DNA of 64,000 bases from a virus (IMGVR_UViG_3300038679_000051:256400-320399); one strand, 5' to 3'; positions 38,956-50,100 are shown, counted from the first letter of the stretch. Notes: generated by a model from the letters alone, not told the origin. A program made the numbers and translations.

Positions 38956-38992
38956 TTGGGTGACTCGTTCAACGTTGGGTGACTCGTTCAAC
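38956..38992. repeat. tandem 18-bp direct repeat TTGGGTGACTCGTTCAAC (two copies, period 19) in a divergent intergenic region
   Basis: Exact copies at 38956-38973 and 38975-38992. Confidence 0.9.
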
Positions 38993-39070
38993 ATTTTATG
39001 AATGGTTCATTCTTCGTCAATACTTGACCGCCGTGCAAATCTCGATAATGAACATATGGGAGGACCAAAA

Positions 39071-39595
39071 ATGTTTGAGCGACGATTAGATGAAGCATTA
39101 AATCTGTTGGAATCATTAGCAAGCAGATTCAACGCCGTTAGGTCCGATTTAAATGCACTCGTCGATTATGTCGTCGTCGGTGGTGCTGCCGTCACGCAAT
39201 ATGGTTGGTCGAGATTGACGCAGGACATTGACGTGTTGATGGACCGTAAGGATTATGATACGCTTAATGTGGACGTTTTTGAGAAACGTCCATCAGAGAA
39301 TAAGGCATTTGGTTTGCTGCATCATAAACCAACTGGAATGAAGATTGACGTCTTATTTGGTGGTGAGGGGAAATTCCCAAGCATAACCTCAATCGGCAGA
39401 TCAGAAAATGACCGACATTTGGTGTCGGTCGAGGATTTAATTTATTTAAAAACCCTAAGGGGCGATCCGAGTGATTATGGTGACATTTATAGAATCGTCA
39501 AAAGCGGCACCGTGATTGATTGGGAAGTGGTCAGAAACAAAGTGTCGCCGAAAGCATGGGGACGTATTGAAGACGATATGAAACATCTAATCTGA
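39071..39595 (+). CDS. nucleotidyltransferase (Pol-beta superfamily, DUF6036/AbiEii-like)
   Basis: VVVGGAAVTQYGWSRLTQDIDVLM..KIDVL..LIYLK..D..D; GGGAGG RBS before ATG 39071. Confidence 0.75.
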   Translation: MFERRLDEALNLLESLASRFNAVRSDLNALVDYVVVGGAAVTQYGWSRLTQDIDVLMDRKDYDTLNVDVFEKRPSENKAFGLLHHKPTGMKIDVLFGGEGKFPSITSIGRSENDRHLVSVEDLIYLKTLRGDPSDYGDIYRIVKSGTVIDWEVVRNKVSPKAWGRIEDDMKHLI

Positions 39596-39615
39596 CAATT
39601 ACGTATTTTCAATTT

Positions 39616-40767
39616 ATGAACATACCATTGGCTCATCTATTGAGACCGAGAATCATTGATGATGTCATTGGGCAACGGCATCTTCTTACTAAAAATGCAT
39701 CATTGCGTAAACTCATAGACGATGATGACGTATCGTCCATGATCTTTTATGGTCCACCTGGTTGTGGTAAGACATGTATCGCTCAAATTATAGCTGATCA
39801 AACCAAATGTAAATCGTTGAAACTTAATGCTACGTCCATGTCGGTGACTGACGTGCGGAAGTTTGCAAAAGAAGAAGGCAGAAAATTATTGATAATAGAC
39901 GAATGTCATCGACTGAGCGCCAATCAGTCCGACGTATTGTTGCCGTTCGTTGAAGATGGGACGTTGAATTTTATTGGTGCAACCACTGAGAACGTCTTTC
40001 ATGCCATGTCTGGGCCATTAATTTCAAGAAGTTTGATTTTTCAATTCGAACCATTAAGTCGTAAAGATTTATTAACCTTGATTTGTAAGGGCCTTTGTCA
40101 TCTGCAAGTTGAACGACCAAATTTGACGATGGACCCAGATGCTGCCTTATACGTCGTAGACGTGAGTTGTGGTGATGGCCGGAAATGTATAACGTTATTT
40201 GATCTTGCTTCACGCATTTGTGAAAACGACATAATCTCATTACAAACCGTCAAGAACGTTGCGCCAAACAAATATATGATCTTTAGCGAAGATCTTCATT
40301 ATGATTACGCCTCTGCCATGCAAGGTTCAATCCAAGCATCAGACCCAGACGCTGCCATTTATTGGTTGGCAAAATGGTTGGAATCCGGCGAGGATCCTCG
40401 TTACGTCGCTAGGAGGGTGCTCATCTCTGCGGCTGAAGATGCTTATGACAATCCCATTTGTACCGCCGTTGCGCATGCTGCTTTTATTGCCGCCAAAGAA
40501 ATAGGTCGTCCCGAATGCGACATATCATTGGCACAGGCCGTCTGTCTGATTGCTACGAGTAAGCGAGATAAAAGTGCCGCATGTGCAATGTGGTCTGCTT
40601 TAAAAGACGTTCGAGAAAGTAATGAAGTATGGGTGCCAAAAGAGATGCGTGATGCTCACTACAGTGGGGCCAAACAATTGGGGCAGGGTGCCTATCATGA
40701 TGGGCAGAATCAATTTGCTTATGTTGGCATAAACAAGCGTTATTATTATCCCGAAAAATGGAAATGA
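39616..40767 (+). CDS. rarA: replication-associated recombination protein A (MgsA/RarA AAA+ ATPase)
   Basis: PLAHLLRP..GQ.HL, GPPGCGKT, IDECHR, GATTENV, GDGR, SDPDAA.YWL, GEDP.YVARR..A.ED. Confidence 0.9.
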   Translation: MNIPLAHLLRPRIIDDVIGQRHLLTKNASLRKLIDDDDVSSMIFYGPPGCGKTCIAQIIADQTKCKSLKLNATSMSVTDVRKFAKEEGRKLLIIDECHRLSANQSDVLLPFVEDGTLNFIGATTENVFHAMSGPLISRSLIFQFEPLSRKDLLTLICKGLCHLQVERPNLTMDPDAALYVVDVSCGDGRKCITLFDLASRICENDIISLQTVKNVAPNKYMIFSEDLHYDYASAMQGSIQASDPDAAIYWLAKWLESGEDPRYVARRVLISAAEDAYDNPICTAVAHAAFIAAKEIGRPECDISLAQAVCLIATSKRDKSAACAMWSALKDVRESNEVWVPKEMRDAHYSGAKQLGQGAYHDGQNQFAYVGINKRYYYPEKWK

Positions 40768-40817
40768 TTGATCGTTCCACCGTATATAACTCAAAAATAT
40801 GAAAGAGGAGAGATGAG

Positions 40818-41513
40818 ATGCGACTTTCGTTGTTATGTGAAGGATTAATTAATGAGGCTGGATATGCCAGAACCATAACGTTCAATTATGACGTTAGAGG
40901 AGAACATGGTCCTAATAAGGACAAAAGACCGACCGTTCTCATTTTAGGTAAATGGAAGAATCCGAGGACAGGGAAAACATTGCTTGGTGGCATCAATTTA
41001 AACTATCTTGATAGATATGAACGTGACGTCATTTTGAGTCGTGATGATGATGACATGAAACGCGAAGAGAGAATAATGGAATTAAAGGATCTTTTAAAAT
41101 CCTGTAAGGGTAGGCAATGTACTAAAATAAAAAAAGAATTGGCAGAATTGGAAGATAAACACAAGGAGCGTAATTCATTACAATCTAATTTACGCAAAAT
41201 ATTGAGTCCTGACAAAAGCCTATATAATAGATATTGGCGTGCTCGTAGACACATACCGACCATTATCAATAAGGCATATCGCACATATGATTGGAACATG
41301 ATATCTGGGATGGGTGACGTTGATCGTGGCGCAATGCCATATAAATCAAAAGACACAGATGTTGTCGATCCAGCCGACAAAGAAATAGTGGCAAAACATA
41401 AGGCTGATGTTTCGGCAGCAAAGAAAATAGATAAAATGGCAAAAGCTGCTGCAGATGCCATAAGATCTGCAGGAAAAACGAAAGAAGTAATTAAGGCTTT
41501 GAAGAAAAAGTGA
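40818..41513 (+). CDS. T4 gp2-like DNA end protector protein
   Basis: D..P.VL..LGGINLNYL..R..I; AYRTY resembles gp2-family motifs. Confidence 0.5.
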   Translation: MRLSLLCEGLINEAGYARTITFNYDVRGEHGPNKDKRPTVLILGKWKNPRTGKTLLGGINLNYLDRYERDVILSRDDDDMKREERIMELKDLLKSCKGRQCTKIKKELAELEDKHKERNSLQSNLRKILSPDKSLYNRYWRARRHIPTIINKAYRTYDWNMISGMGDVDRGAMPYKSKDTDVVDPADKEIVAKHKADVSAAKKIDKMAKAAADAIRSAGKTKEVIKALKKK

Positions 41514-41520
41514 GGTCTAA

Positions 41521-42153
41521 ATGCAATTAATGGATTACATAAAATTTGATGGTCCAGCTTCCTATAAGTTGGAAGACATCAAAGTGTGGCTTGAACAACA
41601 TCAAGACAAAACCATTTATGAATTGTCGGAAGCGGCTAAACGTTCACCACAACGGGTTCGTTCCTGGCGAAATGTGTTCGGTTTAAATAAACCAAATCCA
41701 TTTCATGATCCTAAAAAACAAGAGACGATGCGTAGAAAGAAATTACAGAAAGGAATCATACCAAACTCCGTGGATAAGAGCAAAATCGAGGATCATGAAT
41801 GGATGCATGAGAAATTCATTAATCAGAAATGGACTAAATTAGACATCGCGTCGGTCTGTGGCGTGCGGAACATAGACGTCCATAATAAATTGGTTGAGCA
41901 TGGATTGTTTGTACCAAATGCGTGCAAGAACAAAGAATGGCTCTATGAATACTATATAAGGAGGAAGCTGTCGACCGTTGATTGTGCCAAAATAGCTGGG
42001 GTATACCCATACACCATTCAGCTTTGGCTCTATCGATTTGGTCTCGAAACGAGGATGGACGGAGAGGCTACGGGGGCACGCGGTGCCATTCCTATTACAA
42101 TCACAGATCAAGTTAAAGAAATCAACGTATCTGGAGCGGTTGCTCCGGAATAA
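41521..42153 (+). CDS. HTH-repeat DNA-binding protein
   Basis: Three HTH-like units (e.g. KEWLYEYYIRRKLSTVDCAKIAGVYPYTIQLWLYRFGL). Confidence 0.65.
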   Translation: MQLMDYIKFDGPASYKLEDIKVWLEQHQDKTIYELSEAAKRSPQRVRSWRNVFGLNKPNPFHDPKKQETMRRKKLQKGIIPNSVDKSKIEDHEWMHEKFINQKWTKLDIASVCGVRNIDVHNKLVEHGLFVPNACKNKEWLYEYYIRRKLSTVDCAKIAGVYPYTIQLWLYRFGLETRMDGEATGARGAIPITITDQVKEINVSGAVAPE

Positions 42154-43264
42154 GCCCGTACTTAGAGTATCCATAAGAAAAATCTTACGAGCATTACAGC
42201 GTTCGAATCTAATCAGCAAGTATCGCTTTAGAAAGGATGAGCTAAAGATTACGTTTGTAGACGGCGTAAAAGAGAGATGGTTATTGTCACCAAAACCTAA
42301 AGCAAAATTTGGTCTAAAATTATGTAAAATAGGTGATTTCTCATTCGGGGACATACCGGAAGTCTACAAAGAACTCCCACCTAAATTTGGACCATCAGTC
42401 AATCGGTTCTTCAAATTATACAACAACCATTTCAAACATTGTGGCGTAGTAGAACAAAGAATAGCGGTCCATAGTCTAATCATGAAGATCATAGAAGAGG
42501 GATGGAAGGATTTAGAATATCCGGCACAAGTCTTAATGGCGGACATCAATAACGTTCTAGAAGAACGATTGGACAGATATGTAATGAACAATGGTACGCA
42601 TTTCTTTTATTGTGCCAATTATTATGCTAGGCCAGGTCGGGTCATCTGTGAATCAATGCCATCATTTCCGGACGTTAAAGAACAGTATCGAAGGAAAGGA
42701 ACGATATCGATCACTTATAGGGAATTGTGGAACAATTCATTGGCGTTGACCTACGTAATTGATCATGTCTTATATCATGAACGAGACATTACTGTCAGAC
42801 AGATTATCAAACAAGCCACTGAGATGCACTTGTCAAAATTCGCCGTTGGTCCACGCTGGACTCCACCAGGATTCTATCGTCGTCTATTGCATGATCTCAA
42901 CATCAAAGAACAGATAAACGATTTGCACCCAAACGTCGGTGCCAAAGCATTGGCTGCAATTACGATGGGCATAAAATATGGATTCCGGGATGATGGTCGT
43001 TTTGGACAATCTCGACATCGACTTGAAGAGATCCTGAATAAGGAAATATGGGATTTTGACGGAGATGGATTGGTATGGTGTGATTTTAATTTTGTAGAAC
43101 CGACATGGGGACAGGTACATGAACATCTCATTAAATGGCAGAGATTGATAATTTATGTTCCGTGGCACATGCGCGATAGGGTATTACTGCATCGTAGACC
43201 GAAACATGAGATACGGGCCTTTGTTTGGTCAGCAACTGAATTTGATTATTTGATGGTCTATTGA
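42038..43264 (+). CDS. hypothetical protein, possibly a degenerate DNA methyltransferase-like fold
   Basis: WTPPGFYRRLL..INDLHPNVGAKALAA..GIKYG is spaced like the F-R-P..DPxxGxG SAM region but is non-canonical; start uncertain (TTG 42038 or GTG 42083). Confidence 0.4.
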   Translation: MVSKRGWTERLRGHAVPFLLQSQIKLKKSTYLERLLRNKPVLRVSIRKILRALQRSNLISKYRFRKDELKITFVDGVKERWLLSPKPKAKFGLKLCKIGDFSFGDIPEVYKELPPKFGPSVNRFFKLYNNHFKHCGVVEQRIAVHSLIMKIIEEGWKDLEYPAQVLMADINNVLEERLDRYVMNNGTHFFYCANYYARPGRVICESMPSFPDVKEQYRRKGTISITYRELWNNSLALTYVIDHVLYHERDITVRQIIKQATEMHLSKFAVGPRWTPPGFYRRLLHDLNIKEQINDLHPNVGAKALAAITMGIKYGFRDDGRFGQSRHRLEEILNKEIWDFDGDGLVWCDFNFVEPTWGQVHEHLIKWQRLIIYVPWHMRDRVLLHRRPKHEIRAFVWSATEFDYLMVY

Positions 43265-43277
43265 TGACGCGTCTTTT

Positions 43278-43284
43278 CAAACAT
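43278..43284 (+). promoter_or_regulatory. putative late promoter variant (CAAACAT)
   Basis: Upstream of an AAGGAGG RBS. Confidence 0.45.
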
Positions 43285-43303
43285 ATTTAAAAGGAGGATG
43301 ACC

Positions 43304-43531
43304 ATGATTTATGTCGAGAACACCCTACCAATCGTCAACGGCTATGTGCAGATTCCGAATTCTCAATTCAAACGCACGAGAGTTACGGTTACTGCCGCCA
43401 TGCTCGCAATACTTGGTGCAGTTGAACAAGTAATTGGGGTAATTAAGAAACAAAGAGTTCTTCGTCTGCCGCAATTCAACGTTGAGGATGGCTATGTTAC
43501 GGACTGGTATGCGGCGTTGAATGCCCTTTAA
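43304..43531 (+). CDS. small hypothetical (probable virion) protein
   Basis: RBS spacing favours ATG 43304. Confidence 0.6.
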   Translation: MIYVENTLPIVNGYVQIPNSQFKRTRVTVTAAMLAILGAVEQVIGVIKKQRVLRLPQFNVEDGYVTDWYAALNAL

Positions 43532-43548
43532 CGTGAATGGAGACGCAC

Positions 43549-44001
43549 ATGGATTTCAATGATGAAATCGAACCGGGTTCAGACGTTAAAACAATAAAAG
43601 AAGAAAAGCCAAACGTCGATCGGTTGGTTTATAAAATTGAACAATGCACTGACTATCAGTGCCTGTATGCTTTAGAAGAAGAGTTCAATAAGGTTGGATT
43701 AACCGTTCAGACTACGCCGAAAAATCGCATGATTCTCTGTAAATTGCGTAATGGCAAACCGTTGGCTGAGAGCGTGGTTGATGACTACATTTTCATTGGC
43801 AGTTTAGACAATATGACTAATGAATTATCTGATAGAGTCGTTTCAAAAATTGGAGATTTTGTACGTACCAATTCAGCGATGCCGGATAAAGTCCAGAACA
43901 TCGCTCGTGTCTGGCGTAATGGTTTGCGTATGTATGAATCGACGGTCGCAATAATGAATGAAGATGTCAGCAGAATTGCTGATAACATGATTCTCGACTA
44001 A
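43549..44001 (+). CDS. hypothetical protein
   Basis: GGAG RBS before ATG 43549. Confidence 0.6.
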   Translation: MDFNDEIEPGSDVKTIKEEKPNVDRLVYKIEQCTDYQCLYALEEEFNKVGLTVQTTPKNRMILCKLRNGKPLAESVVDDYIFIGSLDNMTNELSDRVVSKIGDFVRTNSAMPDKVQNIARVWRNGLRMYESTVAIMNEDVSRIADNMILD

Positions 44002-44011
44002 TTTTCTACTT

Positions 44012-44018
44012 TAAATAT
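44012..44018 (+). promoter_or_regulatory. putative late promoter (TAAATAT)
   Basis: Upstream of the AAGGAG RBS of 44037. Confidence 0.5.
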
Positions 44019-44036
44019 ACGTAAAGGAGATTGCTT

Positions 44037-44819
44037 ATGGCCCGTGGGAACGGCGTCTTTGCTCGCATAATGTCTTGCTCAAACAATATGGCTGAGGGTC
44101 CGCCACCGTCTGTTAATGACATATTTCTGCATTCAATGTTTGCTAGGGTTGCATTCAGCGACAATAGCGTCGTTGAATTTGAGACTAAATATGATAAAGA
44201 TACTAATACGATAGAATTATATGTGCCTAATGATAGGATGCCGATCTTCAATCAACTGACCGGCATGAAACGTGGCGAAAAGATGAAATGTTTCATAAAT
44301 TGGTTAATAGGCAGTCGTGATTTGATTATGGCGGCGACTGATGCCCGTGACGGTGAATTCGTACCATCAACGTCATTGCAAATTTGGTCTGGTGCGACGG
44401 TGAATAACGTTGATGGCAATAGATTGTCCATTGTCATGCCGACTGATGAAATGTCCGTCATAGGATATAATTTCAAAGTCATCGAGGGATTCGAAGGACG
44501 GGTTAGAATCTCATTGGTATGGACGTTTATGGGTGGTACTGGTCTTCCGGACGCATCATTCGTGATCAGAACGTCGACGAACGTTACTGGTGCACAAGGC
44601 AGTGACCCAATAGTAATAACTGGTGACGTCACAATACCTACGTTTAATTTATTGCTTGGAGACATTCGTGAGACGTTGATACTGGAGACTGGTGATGTCA
44701 TTCGTGGTAATGACATAATTGGGACGTTGATTCATAGAAATTTCAATGGATCAACTGATGCACACACTGAAGCTTATGGCGTTCTAGGATTGAGAATAGA
44801 GATGATTGAAAATGCCTAG
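44037..44819 (+). CDS. putative virion structural protein
   Basis: Beta-rich; its C-terminal half resembles the C-terminal domain of 44812-47139; heads the fibre operon. Confidence 0.55.
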   Translation: MARGNGVFARIMSCSNNMAEGPPPSVNDIFLHSMFARVAFSDNSVVEFETKYDKDTNTIELYVPNDRMPIFNQLTGMKRGEKMKCFINWLIGSRDLIMAATDARDGEFVPSTSLQIWSGATVNNVDGNRLSIVMPTDEMSVIGYNFKVIEGFEGRVRISLVWTFMGGTGLPDASFVIRTSTNVTGAQGSDPIVITGDVTIPTFNLLLGDIRETLILETGDVIRGNDIIGTLIHRNFNGSTDAHTEAYGVLGLRIEMIENA

Positions 44820-47139
44820 GATCCCAATAACATATAAAGATCCAGTTTATGAAATAAATGATTTGCCAATCAATGGCAACTCATATGGTGACGTGCGTAC
44901 GGTTCTCGTTAATGGGCATCAATACTATTGGTCGACAAGCGAAACGAATGGCGATCTGATGGATTGGATCATTTTGAATGGTCCGGACATCATAGGTCCA
45001 ATAACTAATCTCGACGTTGGTACGGCAAATAACATCAAATTCTTATGCGTAGATGATCATGGACAGTTGATGAATCCTTATGGCAATGTTGGCATAATGG
45101 ATCTCAACATGGTCGCTGCAATAATCTGTGATATGTGTACCGGATCACATGGCCAGGGCGCTCAGGGTCCACAAGGCATTCAGGGCGTTCAGGGTCCACA
45201 GGGTTCTGGCGAGGGTGGTACGGGACCACAAGGTCCACAAGGTGTACAAGGCATCCAAGGTCCACAGGGTTCTGGCGAGGGTGGTACGGGACCACAAGGT
45301 CCACAAGGTGTACAAGGCATCCAAGGTCCACAGGGTCATCAGGGTCCAACAGGACCACAGGGTCCGCAGGGCATCCAAGGTCCACAAGGTTCTGGCGAGG
45401 GTGGCACAGGACCACAGGGTCCACAAGGTGTTCAGGGCGTTCAGGGTCCACAAGGCTCAGGTGAGGGTGGTACGGGACCACAAGGCCCACAAGGCATTCA
45501 AGGTCCACAAGGCTCAGGTGAGGGTGGTACGGGACCACAAGGCCCACAAGGCGTTCAGGGTCCACAAGGCTCAGGTGAGGGTGGTACAGGACCACAAGGC
45601 CCACAAGGCCCACAAGGTGTACAGGGTCCGCAGGCGGTAGCGAGCGTTGGTGATTCTTGTGGCGTTTATCGTTCAGCATTAATAAGCATATCGCATAATA
45701 CGATCACATATGTTGATTGGGATTCAGAAGATCATGATACCAATGACATGCATGATTTGGTCAATCTATCTAGAATAACAATTAAGCATGATGGGTTGTA
45801 TCACATAACTAATAGAATTAAATTCGCACCAAACACGAATGGTTTTAGATATGCTGAGATTATATTAAATCGTACGACCGTATTAGCTCGCACGGAAGAC
45901 ATAAATCCATCGGACATAGAAGGCACTTATTTAGAAGTAGACACTGGCGTCATATCATTGTCGCTAGATGATTATGTTGAAGTCAGGGTTTATCAAAGTT
46001 CCGGTGGTGCATTAGATGCTGCAGGAAATAATATTACAGATGGTTATTTCTCAATCACTGAAATGTTGGGCGTTGGACCACAAGGTACACAAGGCGAAGG
46101 TGATACGGGACCACAGGGACCACAGGGCATTCAAGGCCCACAATCAAGTGGTGGCACGGGTCCGCAAGGACCGCAAGGCCCACAAGCAGTGGCAAGCGTT
46201 GGTGATTCTTGTGGCGTTTATCGTTCTACGTCAGTGAACATACCAAACAATGCAGTTACATATGTTGATTGGGATTCAGAAGATCATGATACCAATGACA
46301 TGCATGATTTGGTCAATCCATCTAGGATAACAATTAAACGTAGTGGGCAATATCACATAACTAATAGAATTAAATTCGCACCAAACACGAATGGCTATAG
46401 ATATGTCGAATTGATCTTGAATCGTACTGCGATACTGGCACGATCAAAAGATGTAAACCCATCCAGTTTAGAGGATTCTTATTTAGAAGTGGATTCCGGC
46501 GTCATATCATTGTCGCTAGATGATTATGTCGAAGTCAGGGTTTATCAAAGTTCTGGTGGTGCATTAGATGTCGCAGGAAATAATATCACAGATGGTTATT
46601 TCTCAATCACTGAGTCATTGGGTCGTGGACCACAGGGGTCAGACAATTCGCCTTTGTCATTATTTATACCGGTCGGTCTGATATATCCATCACAGACCAA
46701 TGGTTCATCTGGTGTCAATCAATATGAAACTACAACAAATAAGATCAATTATGTGTGTGTAGAATTTACGGATGAATCACAAACATACGCGGAGTTTGAT
46801 CTGATCATGCCATCGAATTATGATGGTGGGACAATTTCTTATATAGTGCATTGGACGGCGATTGCCGGTACGCCGTCACAGACGGTGATGTGGGAGCTAC
46901 AGGGGAGGGCATTAGCCGACAATGAATCAATTGATCAGAATTTCGGATCTGCAATCCAGATAAGTGATGCATTCCAATCATCCGAAGTAGTGCACGTCAC
47001 TGATGAATCTGGATCATTGACATTGGCTGGATCGCCATCTGGGTCAAGGCGCGTTCAATTTAGATTAAGTAGAAATGGTGGAACGCTCGCACAGATGGCG
47101 AGATTATTGGGCATCATCATTAAATGTTCAAAAATATGA
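44812..47139 (+). CDS. collagen-like fibre protein with two C1q/TNF-like domains (paralog of 5484-7814)
   Basis: [13 protein letters not shown] repeats; domains at about 45652-46074 and 46204-46620. Confidence 0.8.
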   Translation: MPRIPITYKDPVYEINDLPINGNSYGDVRTVLVNGHQYYWSTSETNGDLMDWIILNGPDIIGPITNLDVGTANNIKFLCVDDHGQLMNPYGNVGIMDLNMVAAIICDMCTGSHGQGAQGPQGIQGVQGPQGSGEGGTGPQGPQGVQGIQGPQGSGEGGTGPQGPQGVQGIQGPQGHQGPTGPQGPQGIQGPQGSGEGGTGPQGPQGVQGVQGPQGSGEGGTGPQGPQGIQGPQGSGEGGTGPQGPQGVQGPQGSGEGGTGPQGPQGPQGVQGPQAVASVGDSCGVYRSALISISHNTITYVDWDSEDHDTNDMHDLVNLSRITIKHDGLYHITNRIKFAPNTNGFRYAEIILNRTTVLARTEDINPSDIEGTYLEVDTGVISLSLDDYVEVRVYQSSGGALDAAGNNITDGYFSITEMLGVGPQGTQGEGDTGPQGPQGIQGPQSSGGTGPQGPQGPQAVASVGDSCGVYRSTSVNIPNNAVTYVDWDSEDHDTNDMHDLVNPSRITIKRSGQYHITNRIKFAPNTNGYRYVELILNRTAILARSKDVNPSSLEDSYLEVDSGVISLSLDDYVEVRVYQSSGGALDVAGNNITDGYFSITESLGRGPQGSDNSPLSLFIPVGLIYPSQTNGSSGVNQYETTTNKINYVCVEFTDESQTYAEFDLIMPSNYDGGTISYIVHWTAIAGTPSQTVMWELQGRALADNESIDQNFGSAIQISDAFQSSEVVHVTDESGSLTLAGSPSGSRRVQFRLSRNGGTLAQMARLLGIIIKCSKI

Positions 47140-47169
47140 TAGTGAACACAAACAGGAGAGGAAAATTAG

Positions 47170-50100
47170 ATGGCATCACTTTATGACCTGCAGCCAAATA
47201 AAATGTTCATTGGTTCCGCTACGATTGGCGAACCAATCCAAGTGGATATGTCATCAGGTCCGACCGGTCCGCAAGGCCCACAGGGCATTGCTGGTGCTCA
47301 GGGTACTACGGGTAGCCAAGGTAGCACTGGCATAGATGGTACTACTGGTCCTCAAGGTGCACAGGGTGTTGCTGGTGCACAAGGTACTACGGGTAGCCAA
47401 GGTAGTACTGGCATAGATGGTGCCACTGGTCCCCAAGGTGCCCAAGGTGTTGCTGGTGCACAAGGTACTACGGGTAGCCAAGGTAGCACTGGTATAGATG
47501 GTACTACTGGTCCTCAAGGTGCCCAAGGTGCTGCTGGTCCACAAGGTGTTGCTGGTCCACAAGGTGTTGCTGGTGCACAAGGTAGTGCTGGTGTAGATGG
47601 TGCTACTGGTCCCCAAGGTGCACAGGGTGTTGCTGGTGTACAGGGCGCTACGGGTGCACAGGGTGCTACTGGTGCCCAAGGTGTTGCTGGTGCACAAGGT
47701 GCTGCGGGTGCACAAGGTAGTGCTGGTATAGATGGTGCTACTGGTCCCCAAGGTCCCGTAGGTAGTCAGGGCGTTGCTGGTGTACAGGGCGCTACGGGTG
47801 CACAAGGTAGTACTGGCATAGATGGTGCTACTGGTCCCCAAGGTGCTGCGGGTGCACAAGGCGCTACGGGTACACAAGGTAGTACTGGCATAGATGGTGC
47901 TACTGGTCCCCAAGGTGCACAGGGTGCTACGGGTTCACAGGGTAGTGCTGGTGCTCAAGGATCAACTGGTAGTCAGGGTGCTACAGGTGCTCAAGGTGTT
48001 GTAGGCGCTCAAGGCGCTCAAGGTACTCAAGGTGAGAAGGGTGATGCGGCGGGCACCCCTGATTCATGTAAAGTAATCTTAGCCTCCAATTATTCATTAG
48101 GTAATGATAGCCCCACTGCCATACCATTTGGTGCCGAAGACCATGATACGAACACGATGCATGACAATAGTACTAACCCAAGTAGAATCACAGTTAAAGT
48201 TACCGGATATTATCATGTTCGTGGCGTACTCAAATTTGCCGCGAATGCTACAGGCATTCGTTATGCTTATATTAGCAAGGATGGGACGAAATTAGCCGAT
48301 GAGGTGCGTGACATCAACCCCTCGGTCACTTATTCATCTTCAATTGAAGTTGATCTTGGTGTTATCTCATTAAGCGCAGACGAATATATCCAAATACATG
48401 GTTATCAAAATAGTAGTGATTCATTAAACGTCCTGATGGATGGTAGTTTCTTAGCTGTAACATCGGCTTCAGGCGCTAATGGTGAGGCTGGCGTTACTGG
48501 TCCTCAAGGTCCCGCTGGTTCACAGGGTAGCGCTGGTGCCCAGGGCAGTGCTGGTGCTCAAGGTAGTACTGGTAGTCAAGGTGCTACTGGTGCCCAAGGT
48601 GTTGCTGGTAGTCAGGGTGCTACTGGTGCACAAGGTAGCACTGGCATAGATGGTGCTACTGGTCCCCAAGGTGCACAGGGTGCTACGGGTGTACAGGGTG
48701 TTGCTGGTGCTCAGGGTGTTGCTGGTGCTCAGGGTGCTACTGGTGCCCAAGGTAGTGCTGGCATAGATGGTGCTACTGGTCCCCAAGGCAGCGTAGGTCC
48801 ACAGGGTACTACGGGTAGTCAAGGTGTTGCTGGTGCCCAAGGCACTACGGGTTCACAGGGCGTTGCTGGTGCCCAGGGTGCTACTGGTCCTCAAGGGCCT
48901 GCTGGAATTGTAGATTATAATGCTGTTTTAAAATTGGATCAGACAACCCCTCAGACAGTAATAAATGGCGCTCCGATTTTTGATGTGGGTATCCAATCTA
49001 ATGACATTGTTGAAGTACTCGGTGCTGATGACACCGATGATGGTGACAATCTTCAGGATAACGGTGTTTGGTTAGATGGCGACGTGGACACTGATAAGCA
49101 AATCATTTTTGCTGAAAACGGCACTCCGTTATGGGCTGTGCAGGGTGCATGGCGCAATGAGAAGGGCGAGTTCATCTATTTATACAATTTGGTCTCTGGG
49201 GAGAACGTTTTAGCAATATCACAGAACGGTAGATGGAGCATTAATAAACCTACAAGCATCATCATGGAGCACGCGGCCTTTGTCGGTAGCGGGCCAAACG
49301 ACATGCTTCCGTCAGGTCTCTACACCCAAAGAATAACTCGCGGGTTCAACATTGAGATAGATGGGACCGGTACGCCGGACACCTTTAAATGGAGCGTCAC
49401 GACTGACGGCGTAACTTTTGTAGAGCAGGCTAACACTGTCCCAATAACCGCTGGTAAAATCACACTTAATTGGGGTGTGGAAATAGAATTCGACGCTACG
49501 ACTGGACATACGCTTGGCGATAAATGGTCTTTCAGGGCGCATCCGCAAGATGCCTTAGACACTATGACGTTAAAACCGCCCATGTTACAATGGGTCTTTC
49601 TTCATAACGAGGATTCGGACGTTTGGCGGGATGAAACCTATCAAGTATCTACGGTTCATTGCTCTATTGGCAGCGAAACAAGTGCCTTAGCAACAACGGA
49701 TGATGTTCTATATCTTGGCAACCATTCGCAGTTTAACTCCAGCTATTATGTGTTTGAAAGTTTTGGTGTCGGTCTCACCTTAGTGGTCGAGTATTGGGAC
49801 GGGGATTCTTGGGAAGCGTTAAGTTCAGCCAACGGTCTGATTGACAGCACCAGCAATTTTACTGCCAACGGTTCGATTTCATGGGATAAGGCTACCTTCA
49901 CCGATTGGGCGAAAACGACCGTAAACGGCGTGGAGGCGTACTGGATTCGCGTCCGAAGTTCCACCGATTCTACGACTACGCCAATCATAAGGGCGATAAG
50001 CCGACACACCGATTACCGGTTAGCCGTTTATTCAGCACACAACGATACGAGACGATCCTTTGCGGTTAAGGGTGACGGCATTACCGAAGTGTTTGAGGCC

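Noticed and set aside
5940-46620. Diversity-generating retroelement TR/VR pair among the duplicated fibre domains
   Set aside because: Differences are not visibly confined to adenines, all copies are coding, and no reverse transcriptase is in the window.
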